DNA of 248,000 nt from Hyalangium minutum (GTDB lineage Bacteria > Myxococcota > Myxococcia > Myxococcales > Myxococcaceae), in the NCBI RefSeq assembly GCF_000737315.1, contig NZ_JMCB01000002.1:268001-516000 (forward strand). Direction: 5' to 3'. The translations under genes and the position numbers were made by a program. The notes below the pieces were generated by a model. The model ran no database searches, was not told the DNA's origin, and saw only the letters and a program-made list of their open reading frames with translations. This document shows, in pieces, positions 20,085-29,482 of this stretch (position 1 is its first letter; the number at the start of each line of letters is the position of its first letter).

Positions 20085-21989
20085 CTACGAGATGCGGTAG
20101 CTGCGCGCCACCTGCTGCATCTGCTCGGACACCTCTTGCAGCGCGTGCGTGGCCTTGGTGGTGGCCTGCAGGCTGAGCACCGTCTCGTTCATCATCGCGG
20201 ACAGGTCCGTCACCGCGCCGAAGATCTGCGCGATGCCCGCGTTCTGCTGGCTCACCGAGGCGGCGATCTGCCGCACCGCCGCCGAGTTGTCCTGGGTGAT
20301 GGTGGTCAGCTCCCGGAGGTTGCTGCCGCTGGCGCGCACCTGCTCCAGGCCCTCTTCCATGCGCATGTAGCCCAGCTCTGTCATCTTCGCCGCCGAGAGC
20401 ATGGCCTGGCTGATGTCGCCGAGGATGTCCCGCACGCGCTCGGTGGCCTGGATGGACTGATCCGCCAGCGAGCGGATCTCCCGCGCCACCACCGAGAAGC
20501 CCTTGCCGTGCTCTCCGCTGCGCACCGCCTCGATGGCCGCGTTGAGCGCCAGCATGTTGGACTGATCCGCCAGCTCTTTCACCGTCTGCGTAATCCCGCC
20601 GATCTGCTGGCTGCGCTCGCTGAGCTGGGCGATTCGCAGGGCCATCTGCTCCACCTGGACGCGCAGCTCCTCGAAGCCTCCCAGGCCTCCGGCGAGCGCG
20701 GCCTCGCCCAGGCGGCCCACCTCCTCGGCGCGCTCGGCCACGTTCAGCACCATGTCCGCCTTCTCCGCGGCCACCAGCGAGGACTGCCGGATCTCCTGCG
20801 CCGTCACCTGCGTCTGCTGGAGCGCGGCGGCCTGGCGGGCGATGTTCCGCTCCTGCTGGCGGTTGGCCTGCTGCAACTCGGACACGGTGTCCTTGAGCAC
20901 TCGCATGCCGTGCTGGAGTCCCGCCGTCGTCCCGCGCAGGTGCTCCACCATCTTCGCGAAGGCGTTCGCCAGGTCTCCCACCTCATCCCTCCGGTGGCTC
21001 GACGGCAGCGGCACGGTCAAGTCCCCCTGCTGGACGATGCGGGCCACCATCTCGCTCAAGGCGCGCAGGGGGCGGGTGATGCGCCGGGCCAACAGGAAAG
21101 AGCCCCCCGCCGCCACCGCCGCGAATACCGCCGCCAGCCCAATTCCCAGCACATCCGCCCGGGTCAGCATGCGGTACGCCTCGGAGGGATCCACGCTGGC
21201 CACGAACCGCCAGCCGTCTCCCACGTCCCGGAGCTCGGTGCCGTTGGTCACCTCGACGGTCACCAGCCTCACTCCCTGGCGGGCGGCCCCGGCCTTCGAG
21301 TTGAAGAGCAGCGTGCCGTCTGGCCGCCGCACCTCGAGCGCGAAGCTGCTCTGGGCGCGCCTCCGGGCGCGGGCCAGCGCGGGCTCTACCACCTTGCCGA
21401 GCCGCTCCCAGTCATACGCGGCCAGCAGCACGCCGAGCTTGCGGGGCTCGGTGACACCGTAGACGGGCAGGGCCAGGGGCAGCACCCGCCCATGGAAGGC
21501 CGCATCCTCCGCGGCCGTGAACCCCTCGCTCGTCACCTGCTCCTCCTGGGCGGAGCGGAACCACGGGGTGGCGAGCACCTTCAGCTCGCGGCCCTCGAAG
21601 GCGGCGCGCAGCTCGGGAGGACTGGAGGCGATGGCCTGGCCTTCCACGTTGAAGAGCACCAGCCCTCGGAAGGTGGGCGAGCGGCGCAGGAAGGAAGCGA
21701 GCTCCAGGTCGCTCCGGGCGGAGTCGTTGCGCTCCATCGCCTCGCGCAGGGCGTGATCCTCCGTCCAGGTGCGCACGTCCGCCTCGCGCTCCACCAGCGT
21801 GGCTTCGATGAGATCCTTGAGGCCCGCCGCCTCTCGCTCCAGGGAGTCCTGGACCTGCTGCTTCATCCACCGATGGAACTCGGTGGACTCGATCCAGGCA
21901 AAGGCGAGCAGTGGCACCGCGGCTACCAGGCTGCAGTAGAGCGTCAGGTGCCCGCGTAGCTTGAGGGTGCCAAGGTGAGGGAGTTTCAT
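20085..21989 (-). CDS. Methyl-accepting chemotaxis protein
   Basis: Two TM segments, HAMP, LALNAAIEA..GEHGKGF.VVA.EIR.LA. Confidence 0.92.
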   Translation of the reverse strand: MKLPHLGTLKLRGHLTLYCSLVAAVPLLAFAWIESTEFHRWMKQQVQDSLEREAAGLKDLIEATLVEREADVRTWTEDHALREAMERNDSARSDLELASFLRRSPTFRGLVLFNVEGQAIASSPPELRAAFEGRELKVLATPWFRSAQEEQVTSEGFTAAEDAAFHGRVLPLALPVYGVTEPRKLGVLLAAYDWERLGKVVEPALARARRRAQSSFALEVRRPDGTLLFNSKAGAARQGVRLVTVEVTNGTELRDVGDGWRFVASVDPSEAYRMLTRADVLGIGLAAVFAAVAAGGSFLLARRITRPLRALSEMVARIVQQGDLTVPLPSSHRRDEVGDLANAFAKMVEHLRGTTAGLQHGMRVLKDTVSELQQANRQQERNIARQAAALQQTQVTAQEIRQSSLVAAEKADMVLNVAERAEEVGRLGEAALAGGLGGFEELRVQVEQMALRIAQLSERSQQIGGITQTVKELADQSNMLALNAAIEAVRSGEHGKGFSVVAREIRSLADQSIQATERVRDILGDISQAMLSAAKMTELGYMRMEEGLEQVRASGSNLRELTTITQDNSAAVRQIAASVSQQNAGIAQIFGAVTDLSAMMNETVLSLQATTKATHALQEVSEQMQQVARSYRIS

Positions 21990-22098
21990 GGTGCTCAGGC
22001 GCGGGGGGCGGTGGCAGGTCCGCCCCCGGCATGGGTCCGGGACTCCACGTGGAGCCCCGGAGCGTAGCAGAGCCCAGGTCTCTCCCTGCTAGCCCTCC

Positions 22099-22533
22099 CT
22101 AGATTACAGGAACGCGGTTGGGCAGCTCGCGGGCCGGCACGTTGGAGTAGTCCGCATCCAGATCCAGCACCAACCTCTGCAGGACGCGCTTGCTCAATGC
22201 CTTGCGCAGCCGGCCGAGGAAGGTGGGAGGAGCCGCGATAATCAGGCGCTCGAAGGTATGACTGTCCACCCCGCGCTCCAGGCGGCCGGCCAACTCCCGG
22301 GCGAACCGTTCGTGCTCCAGCTCTTGCCGCGCATCCGGCTCTGTCTCTTCATTCGGGCCGTGGAGGGTGCCTCCGTTGGGATTGTCCCGCTGCTCCTTCA
22401 AGTCCCCGTTGTGCGCGCGGCTCTCGTCGTGGCGGAACTCCTCCCGGAGCTGCCAGTCATCGCCACGCTCATCCGCCGAGAACAGCCGCATGCGGCTCGC
22501 GTTGCCCACCAGAATCCAGAGCTTGTCTGCCAT
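22099..22533 (-). CDS. Host attachment protein family (baeRF12-like)
   Basis: WILVGNASRMRLF; LIIAAPP.FLG.LR. Confidence 0.8.
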   Translation of the reverse strand: MADKLWILVGNASRMRLFSADERGDDWQLREEFRHDESRAHNGDLKEQRDNPNGGTLHGPNEETEPDARQELEHERFARELAGRLERGVDSHTFERLIIAAPPTFLGRLRKALSKRVLQRLVLDLDADYSNVPARELPNRVPVI

Positions 22534-22711
22534 TCGTCTTCCTCCCTTGTAAGGGAGGGATGCGGAGCGTGGGCGCGCCCGGCAAGCTTGCGGGCGATGG
22601 CGGTGCGTGTGTCGGGTGCCGGGGGAGCGACCACACGGGGCCTTTTCCCTGATGGGCTGCCTGGCGTATGCCCAAGGGACCGGGGGCATGGGCCTTGCCG
22701 GGGGAGGGCGC

Positions 22712-23875
22712 ATGAGCGAGCTGAGTGAGGCAGCGGCCGCTTGGTTGTCGGGCCGGCTGGGGGAGATGGAGGAGGCGCTGGCGGCACTGGTCGAGGTGAA
22801 CTCCTTCACGGAGAACCCCGAGGGAGGCCGCAAGGTCGGTGCGCTCCTGCGGGACGTGCTGGCCCTGCCGGGCCTCTTCGCGGAGGTGGTGTTCAGCCGC
22901 CGGTATGCGGATCACCTCGTGTTCCGCTCTCGCGGTAAGGAGGGGGTGGCGCCCATCGCTTTGGTGGGACACCTGGATACCGTCTTCCCGCCGGGCAAGT
23001 TCGAGGGCTACCGGAAGGATGGCGCGCTGCGCCGGGGCCCCGGGGTGCTGGACATGAAGGGCGGGCTCGTCGTCATCGCCTGGGCCCTCAAGGCGCTGGC
23101 CGCCTCGGGAGGTCTGGACGCGATTCCACCGCTGCGGGTGGTGGTGGTGTCCGACGAGGAGGTGGGCTCGCCCGAGGGGGCGAATGTGATCCGCAACGCC
23201 ATTGGCGGCGCCCAGGCCTGCCTCGTCTTCGAGTCCGGCCGGATGGGAGACGCCATCATCACCCGGCGCAAGGGCACCGGTGCGGTGAAGGCCATCGCAC
23301 ATGGCCGGGCCGCCCACGCGGGCAATGCCCACCAGGAGGGGGCCAATGCGCTGTGGGCCCTGGCTCGGTTCATTGATGGGGTGCAGCAGCTGACGGACTA
23401 CCCACGAGGTTTGACCGTCAATGTGGGCCGGGTGGTGGGAGGGCAGGGGAAGAACACGGTGCCGGACCAGGCCGAGGCGGATGTGGACCTGCGCTTCTGT
23501 ACGCGCAAGGAGGGCGAGGAGCTGCTGCAGCGCTTCCACGAGGCCGGGGCCCAGGCCGCCGCAGGTATTCCCGGCACGCGCATCGAGCTGACCGGGGGGG
23601 TATCCCGCGAGCCGCTGGAGCGCTCCGAGGCGTCCGCGGCGCTGATGGGGGCGTATGGGGCCTGCGCCCACGTCTCCGGCCTGGGCACTGCCGAGGCCCC
23701 GCTGATCGGCGGAGGCTCGGATGCCAGCACCTCGTCCGGGATGGGGATCCCCTCCATTGATGGGCTGGGCCCCCGGGGCAAGGGCTTCCACACCGTGGAG
23801 GAGTACATCGAGGTGGATACTTTGATCCCCAAGGCGCAAGCCCTGGCGCGCTTCCTGGCCTCGCGAGGTGCATAA
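22712..23875 (+). CDS. M20 family metallopeptidase
   Basis: GHLDTV, DMKGG, DEE motifs. Confidence 0.9.
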   Translation: MSELSEAAAAWLSGRLGEMEEALAALVEVNSFTENPEGGRKVGALLRDVLALPGLFAEVVFSRRYADHLVFRSRGKEGVAPIALVGHLDTVFPPGKFEGYRKDGALRRGPGVLDMKGGLVVIAWALKALAASGGLDAIPPLRVVVVSDEEVGSPEGANVIRNAIGGAQACLVFESGRMGDAIITRRKGTGAVKAIAHGRAAHAGNAHQEGANALWALARFIDGVQQLTDYPRGLTVNVGRVVGGQGKNTVPDQAEADVDLRFCTRKEGEELLQRFHEAGAQAAAGIPGTRIELTGGVSREPLERSEASAALMGAYGACAHVSGLGTAEAPLIGGGSDASTSSGMGIPSIDGLGPRGKGFHTVEEYIEVDTLIPKAQALARFLASRGA

Positions 23876-23927
23876 CCTGCCCGTTGGGTAATTCCTTGGA
23901 AGGGCGCGGCGGGGTAGAACAGAGGGC

Positions 23928-25169
23928 ATGCGTACCTCCGGCGTCCCTCTCCTCGCCCTGCTCGTGCTCGCACTGGCCGCCCCCCCCGCCCTCGCTCAGC
24001 AAGACCAGGGTGGGATGGGATTGGATCTCTCGGGAGGTGACACCTCCCAGGAGCAAGACACCTCCACCGGGGAGGAGCAGCCCGGACCCATCGGCCTGGA
24101 CCTGAGCGGAGACACCGCCGGCGCGGAGTTGCTGCCGCGCGTGGTGCTGCTGGGGCTCGACACGCCGGAGCGGGCCGGGGCGGCGCTGGCGCCTCGCTGG
24201 CTGAAGGCGCTCTACGTCGCCGTCCGGACCAACGACAAGTGGGTGCTGACCGCTCCGCTGAAAGAGGTGCGCGAGAAGCTGGGGAACGACTACGCGGCGG
24301 CGCTGCGCTGCGGGGAGGCCTCGTGCATGGCCGGGCCCGCGGAGTCGCTCGAGGCGGACCTGCTCGTCACCACGCGCCTGGCGCTGGAGGATGACGGGTG
24401 GACGCTGCGGCTGTGGGTCTTCGATCGGGACCACAACAAGGTGGAGACGGACTCCGTGTCGGGCCGCTCGCCGAGGGATGCGAAGTTCCAGAAGGCGGGC
24501 GCCGATCTGCTGGCGCGCAAAGTCCGGGAGCTGGCCAAGCCGCGCGCCATCCTCCAGGTGAAGGTGAACGTGCCGCAGGCGGTGGTGCGCCTGGGCGACA
24601 GGACGCTGGGCGTGGGCAACGTCGAGGCGCGCGTGGCGCCGGGCGAGGTCAACCTCATCGTCGAGGCGGATGAAATGGCCCCGTACTCGAAGACCCTCAC
24701 CCTCAAGCCGGGCGAGAAGAACCCGGTGAGCGTCTACCTGGAGGCGTCGGGTCCGGCGCCGGACAGCCCCACGGAGGTGGCTGCGGGAGCGACGAAGAGG
24801 AACGAGGGGTCCTCGAAGTCCACCGTGTTCCGCCGGCCCGCGCTCTACACGATGGTGCTGGGCGTGATTGCGATGGGGGCGGGCGTCATGGTGGGGATGC
24901 AGGCCAAGAAGATCGCCGACCGGGCCCCGGATGCGGATGGCAACGGCATCGCGGACATCACCCGGGCCGAGCGCCTGCAGGGGCGTGACAAGGCCAACCT
25001 CTCCACGGCCCTGGTCAGCGGAGGCGCCGCGGTGGCGGGTGCCAGCGCGCTGTGGCTCTTCATCATGCCCACCCGGAGTGAGCCCGCGAAGGGAACTCCG
25101 AGCGTGGTTTCCGGCACTACCCCTGGCGCCAGCACCTCGATCCATCTCCTCGTTGGCGGAAGCTTCTGA
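23928..25169 (+). CDS. PEGA-domain exported protein
   Basis: Signal peptide, PEGA-like beta domain, C-terminal hydrophobic segments. Confidence 0.65.
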   Translation: MRTSGVPLLALLVLALAAPPALAQQDQGGMGLDLSGGDTSQEQDTSTGEEQPGPIGLDLSGDTAGAELLPRVVLLGLDTPERAGAALAPRWLKALYVAVRTNDKWVLTAPLKEVREKLGNDYAAALRCGEASCMAGPAESLEADLLVTTRLALEDDGWTLRLWVFDRDHNKVETDSVSGRSPRDAKFQKAGADLLARKVRELAKPRAILQVKVNVPQAVVRLGDRTLGVGNVEARVAPGEVNLIVEADEMAPYSKTLTLKPGEKNPVSVYLEASGPAPDSPTEVAAGATKRNEGSSKSTVFRRPALYTMVLGVIAMGAGVMVGMQAKKIADRAPDADGNGIADITRAERLQGRDKANLSTALVSGGAAVAGASALWLFIMPTRSEPAKGTPSVVSGTTPGASTSIHLLVGGSF

Positions 25170-25171
25170 TC

Positions 25172-25432
25172 ATGAAGGCTACATATCTCTCCCTGGCCCT
25201 GGTGCTGTGCGGCGTGTTGTTCGGCACCACCTCGGGCTGTGCCGTCGACTTCCCGGATGAGCTGCCCTACGCCTGCGAGGATGCCTCGGACTGCGGTGGG
25301 GCTCCGCACGTGTGCGTGTCGCTGGCGGACGGACGCAAGTACTGCTGCAAGCCCGAGCCGGAGCAGTGCAACAAGCTGGACGACGACTGTAATGGCGTGG
25401 TGGACGATGTGAGCGACGGCCCCTGCCGCTAG
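25172..25432 (+). CDS. Small Cys-rich lipoprotein
   Basis: Lipobox TSGC; CNKLDDDCNG motif. Confidence 0.65.
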   Translation: MKATYLSLALVLCGVLFGTTSGCAVDFPDELPYACEDASDCGGAPHVCVSLADGRKYCCKPEPEQCNKLDDDCNGVVDDVSDGPCR

Positions 25433-25631
25433 GGCTCGGAGTCGACGCGCCCGCGTGGGTGGGTGTGTTCCACGGGCGCCGAGCCATCGGCCTGAGCCCC
25501 GGGTGAAATGTCCATGCCGGGCATGTAGGTGTCTGACGGAGGACGCTCGGGGCGCACTATTTCCTCTCCATGAGAAATTGGAGTGCTGATCGGGTTGCCG
25601 GATCGCCCAACCGTGGCGATTTTAGCCTCCC

Positions 25632-27089
25632 ATGGGTGGCGAAGACCCTATTGCGCAGACCGTGTTGTCCAGCGTGGCCTCCCCAGGTGACGCGATGCGG
25701 AGCGTTCAAGAAGCCCAGGCAGGTGAAGTGCTGGGCAATTACCAGCTCGAGCGGCTCCTGGGCGAAGGCTCCATGGGGCAGGTCTTCCAAGCCCGCCATG
25801 TGCGGCTGGGACGGCAGGTGGCGCTCAAGGTGCTCCGCCCTCAGCACGCCCGGGACATCAGCTTCGTCCGGCGCTTCTTCCAGGAGGCCCGCTCCGTCAA
25901 CCAGATCAACCACGAGCACATCGTGGAGATCTTCGACTTCGTCGAGGACCTGGAGCGCGGCCACGTCTACTGCGTGATGGAGCTGCTGCGAGGCCAGAGC
26001 CTCGCGGAGGTCATGAAGGAGCAGCCGCTGACGCTGGAGCGCATCCAGCGCATCGGCGTGCAGGTGTGCGCGGCGCTCGGTGCGGCCCACAGGCTCGGGG
26101 TGGTGCACCGGGATGTGAAGCCGGACAACCTCTTCGTCATGAACCGCGGGGGCCAGAAGGACTTCGTGAAGGTGCTGGACTTCGGCGTGGCGAAGATCCT
26201 CACCTCCGAGGGCACTGGCAACACCCTCGACGGCACCATCATCGGTACGCCCACGTACATGGCGCCCGAGCAGGCCGCAGGCCTGCCGGTGGATCAGCGC
26301 GCCGACATCTACGCGGTGGGCAACCTCCTCTACGAGATGCTGGCAGGGCGGCCGCCGTTCCAGGCCCCTGCGTTCGGCCAGCTCGTGGTGCAGATCATCA
26401 CCCAGGCGCCACCGCCGCTGCCCGAGCGGCTGGCCTCGGGTGAGCTGATGCCCCGGGCGCTGGCGGAGCTGGTGCTGCGCTGCCTGGCCAAGGAGCCCGA
26501 GGCCCGGCCGCAGTCGCTCGAAGAGGTGACGACGGCGCTGCTGACGCTGACGGCGAAGGCGTCCCTTGCTCCCCTCGACGACGAGGAGGAGGACATCCCC
26601 ACCCAGCGCACGCGGATGCCGGAGCTGTGGTGGCTGCGCCCGCGCCTGCCCCTCCTGGTGGGCAGCATGGCTGTGGCGATGCTGGCCGGCGCGCTCACGT
26701 GGAGAGCCCTGGATCGGGTGTTGCACAAGGACGAGGTGCCCGTGGCGGCCCTGGCCTCGGAGGCCCCAGCCCCGGTGGCGCTGGCCCCGGTGACACTCAC
26801 GGTGCGCACGGTGCCTGCGGGTGCGAAGGTGGTCCGCGCGGACACGGGAGAGGCGCTCGGCGTCACGCCACTGGTGAAGGAGCTGCCGCGCTCGCAGGCC
26901 CCGCTGGGGCTGCGCGTGGAGCTGGCGGGCTATGTGTCCCTGGAGCGCGAGGTGCGGTTGGACTCGCCCTCTGTCATCGAAGTTCCCCTGGCCAAGGCGA
27001 AGCCGACTCCCTCGGCTCCCACTTCGGTCAAGGCAGCCCCGCGCAAGGAGGTGAAGCGCGATGAGCTCATCGATCCGTTCGCGCAGTGA
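25632..27089 (+). CDS. Ser/Thr protein kinase with TM and PEGA domain
   Basis: HRDVKPDN, DFG, YMAPE motifs. Confidence 0.92.
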   Translation: MGGEDPIAQTVLSSVASPGDAMRSVQEAQAGEVLGNYQLERLLGEGSMGQVFQARHVRLGRQVALKVLRPQHARDISFVRRFFQEARSVNQINHEHIVEIFDFVEDLERGHVYCVMELLRGQSLAEVMKEQPLTLERIQRIGVQVCAALGAAHRLGVVHRDVKPDNLFVMNRGGQKDFVKVLDFGVAKILTSEGTGNTLDGTIIGTPTYMAPEQAAGLPVDQRADIYAVGNLLYEMLAGRPPFQAPAFGQLVVQIITQAPPPLPERLASGELMPRALAELVLRCLAKEPEARPQSLEEVTTALLTLTAKASLAPLDDEEEDIPTQRTRMPELWWLRPRLPLLVGSMAVAMLAGALTWRALDRVLHKDEVPVAALASEAPAPVALAPVTLTVRTVPAGAKVVRADTGEALGVTPLVKELPRSQAPLGLRVELAGYVSLEREVRLDSPSVIEVPLAKAKPTPSAPTSVKAAPRKEVKRDELIDPFAQ

Positions 27090-27804
27090 GCGCTGGTGGT
27101 TGGCCACCCTGCTGGCCGCGCTGTGCACGCTGGTGCCGGGGCCCGCGGTGGGTGCCGAGCTCACCAGCGAGGCCAAGGCGCAGGCACGCGTGAAGTTCAG
27201 CGAGGGCAACGCCGCCTATGAGCAGAGCAAGTTCCGCGAGGCGCTGAAGTTCTTCGAGGCTGCCTACGAGTTGGCACCGCTGCCGGGCTTCCTCTTCAAC
27301 GTGGCGCAGTGCCACCGGCAGCTCGGAAATTTCTCCCAGGCGGCCTCCGCCTACCGGCGCTACCTGTCCCTCTCCGAGAAGGAGCCCGCCAACGCGGCGA
27401 TGGTGAAGGATCTGATCGCGGAGATGGACTCCAAGGCCCGGCAGCAGACCGCGAGCCGCGCCGCGGCCGGCAAGTCCGTGGCCAGCGCGAAGGCCACGCC
27501 GAAGGATCGCCCCGAGGCTGCTTCCGCCAAGTCGGCCGAGCTGCGCGATGGAGTGAAGCCCGCCGCGGCAAAGAGGCCGCTGGATATCCGCCCGTCCCGC
27601 TCGATGGTGGTGGAGCAGAACACCCTGCCTCCCGCCGCGATGCCCAGCGCTCCGGCTCCGGAGGTCCAGCAGCCGGTGACTCGCAAGTGGTGGCTGTGGG
27701 CGGGAGTGGGAGCGGCGACGGCGCTCGTGGCGGGAGGCGTCATCTACGCCGTCACCGCGCCCGAGCCGCGGCCGGCCACTCTGGGGACCATTCCCGGGCG
27801 GTAG
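27061..27804 (+). CDS. TPR-containing exported protein
   Basis: Signal peptide and TPR helices. Confidence 0.75.
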   Translation: MSSSIRSRSERWWLATLLAALCTLVPGPAVGAELTSEAKAQARVKFSEGNAAYEQSKFREALKFFEAAYELAPLPGFLFNVAQCHRQLGNFSQAASAYRRYLSLSEKEPANAAMVKDLIAEMDSKARQQTASRAAAGKSVASAKATPKDRPEAASAKSAELRDGVKPAAAKRPLDIRPSRSMVVEQNTLPPAAMPSAPAPEVQQPVTRKWWLWAGVGAATALVAGGVIYAVTAPEPRPATLGTIPGR

Positions 27805-27857
27805 GCCCGGGCTGCTTGCGAGGAGGGCTCCTCGCGAGGCCCTCCCTGGCTTTGCGG

Positions 27858-28403
27858 CTACGTGGCTTGCGCGCTCTCGGCCTTGGCGGTGAGGCTGGCG
27901 CCGAGCCGGTCGATGCGGGAGTAGAAGCCGGCCGCGTCATAGAAGGTCAGCCGCACGTCTCCCAGCTCGAGCCGCGCACCGGGCACGAGCGGCACGGGGT
28001 GGCCGGGCTTCAGCTCCACGCCGTCGAGCTTCACGGGGCTGGACTTGGACACGGCCTCGACCATCCACTGCCCATACGGACCGGTGCGCAGCACCAGGTG
28101 CTCGCGCGAGACGGTGGCGTCATTGATGACGAAAGCGTTGTGCGAGGCCCGCCCCAGCGGCAGCACGTTCTCCGTCTCGTTGAGGGCCACCAGCTCGAAG
28201 CAGAGCGCATCGCCTGCGGGCAGGCAGTCGCGCAGATCCGACACGGGCAGCTGGGTGGCCGCGATGTTCTGGCGGCCCGTCTCGGGCACATTCCACGCGC
28301 CAGCCTCCCAGACGAGCCAGGAGTGAGGATAACGGGCCCGGAACTTCTCTTTCAGCACCAGATGCTGACGGACCAAGAGGGAGAGCAACAGGGATCGCGC
28401 CAT
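27858..28403 (-). CDS. FHA domain protein
   Basis: LGR, TVSREH motifs. Confidence 0.8.
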   Translation of the reverse strand: MARSLLLSLLVRQHLVLKEKFRARYPHSWLVWEAGAWNVPETGRQNIAATQLPVSDLRDCLPAGDALCFELVALNETENVLPLGRASHNAFVINDATVSREHLVLRTGPYGQWMVEAVSKSSPVKLDGVELKPGHPVPLVPGARLELGDVRLTFYDAAGFYSRIDRLGASLTAKAESAQAT

Positions 28404-28540
28404 GGAGGAATGGTAAGCACCGGCCCCCACTTTCTCGCAGGTGCCCAGAAGATCAGGTGTCCACGAATGTTCGAAAAGCGGCCAGCGGATGCCTGGCTTG
28501 CTGAACCTTCGGGTAGGTCAGCGTGGGGAACCGCACAAAG

Positions 28541-29404
28541 CTATAGCTTGCGAGCAATGGCATGGGCAAGGCGCTCGGGGGCCGAGGGATCCAAGCTGAG
28601 GAAGAGACTGGGCTCGGTGGCCTCGAGCTCTTGGAGGCGGGTGCAGCCCTCGTTGTCGGTGGCTACATCCACGCGGGCGTAGAGCAGGGGCTGGCCCACG
28701 GCGGCAAGCACGTCCTCGGCCAGCCGCAGCTCTTCGGGGATGGGCTCGAAGAGGTGGGGCTGCGGGAAGCCCCGGGGCGACTCCTTGAGTCCCGGTGGCC
28801 GGCGCACGGCATGGCTGAAGGCGCCGTCGAAGAAGAGGTAGGCGCGCTCGCCCTCGGTCTCGAAGCGGGTGAGGTAGGGCTGCACCATCACCTCGCCTTC
28901 GGCGGCCAGCTGGTCCAGCATGGGCTGGGCGGCCTCGAGCTCGGAGCGGTGGAAGCGGTAGGTCTTCAGCGCCCCAGCGGAGACCGTGGGCTTGAGCACC
29001 ACGGTGTCCCAGCCTCGCTCGCGCATCACGGAGTCGAGTGACACGGTGCCCCGGTGCGGAACCCAGACAGTGGGAGTGAAGGGGATGCCCTTCGCCTCCA
29101 GCTCGCGCAGGTAGGCCTTGTGCGTGTTCCAGCGGAGGATGTCCGGCGGGTTGTGGAGGCGGGTGAGCTTGCCCGCCTTGGAGGCCCAGGCGACGAAAGC
29201 GTCCCGGCGCAGGTGGCTGTCCCAGGTGGTGCGAATCACCGCGACCTGAGGGGTGCGCCAGTCCATGGCGGGGTCGTCCCAGATGCACGGGCGCGCGTCG
29301 AGCCCCAGCGCGGTGAGGGCAGAGAGGAGGGGCGCATCGTAGGCGTCGAGCTGCGGCAGACCGGAGTAGGTGACGATGGCGACGTCCAAGAGATGGGTCT
29401 CCAA
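28541..29404 (-). CDS. ATP-grasp (RimK/GshB-like) protein
   Basis: VLKPTV, VMVQPY, LYARVD, ELEATEP. Confidence 0.8.
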   Translation of the reverse strand: METHLLDVAIVTYSGLPQLDAYDAPLLSALTALGLDARPCIWDDPAMDWRTPQVAVIRTTWDSHLRRDAFVAWASKAGKLTRLHNPPDILRWNTHKAYLRELEAKGIPFTPTVWVPHRGTVSLDSVMRERGWDTVVLKPTVSAGALKTYRFHRSELEAAQPMLDQLAAEGEVMVQPYLTRFETEGERAYLFFDGAFSHAVRRPPGLKESPRGFPQPHLFEPIPEELRLAEDVLAAVGQPLLYARVDVATDNEGCTRLQELEATEPSLFLSLDPSAPERLAHAIARKL

Positions 29405-29482
29405 GGCTCGGCGAGGGAAGGGCGCCTCTTCATCATCCGGCCGAGGGAGCTGTCCACCCACGGGGGGTGCGAGTGGGAGGGC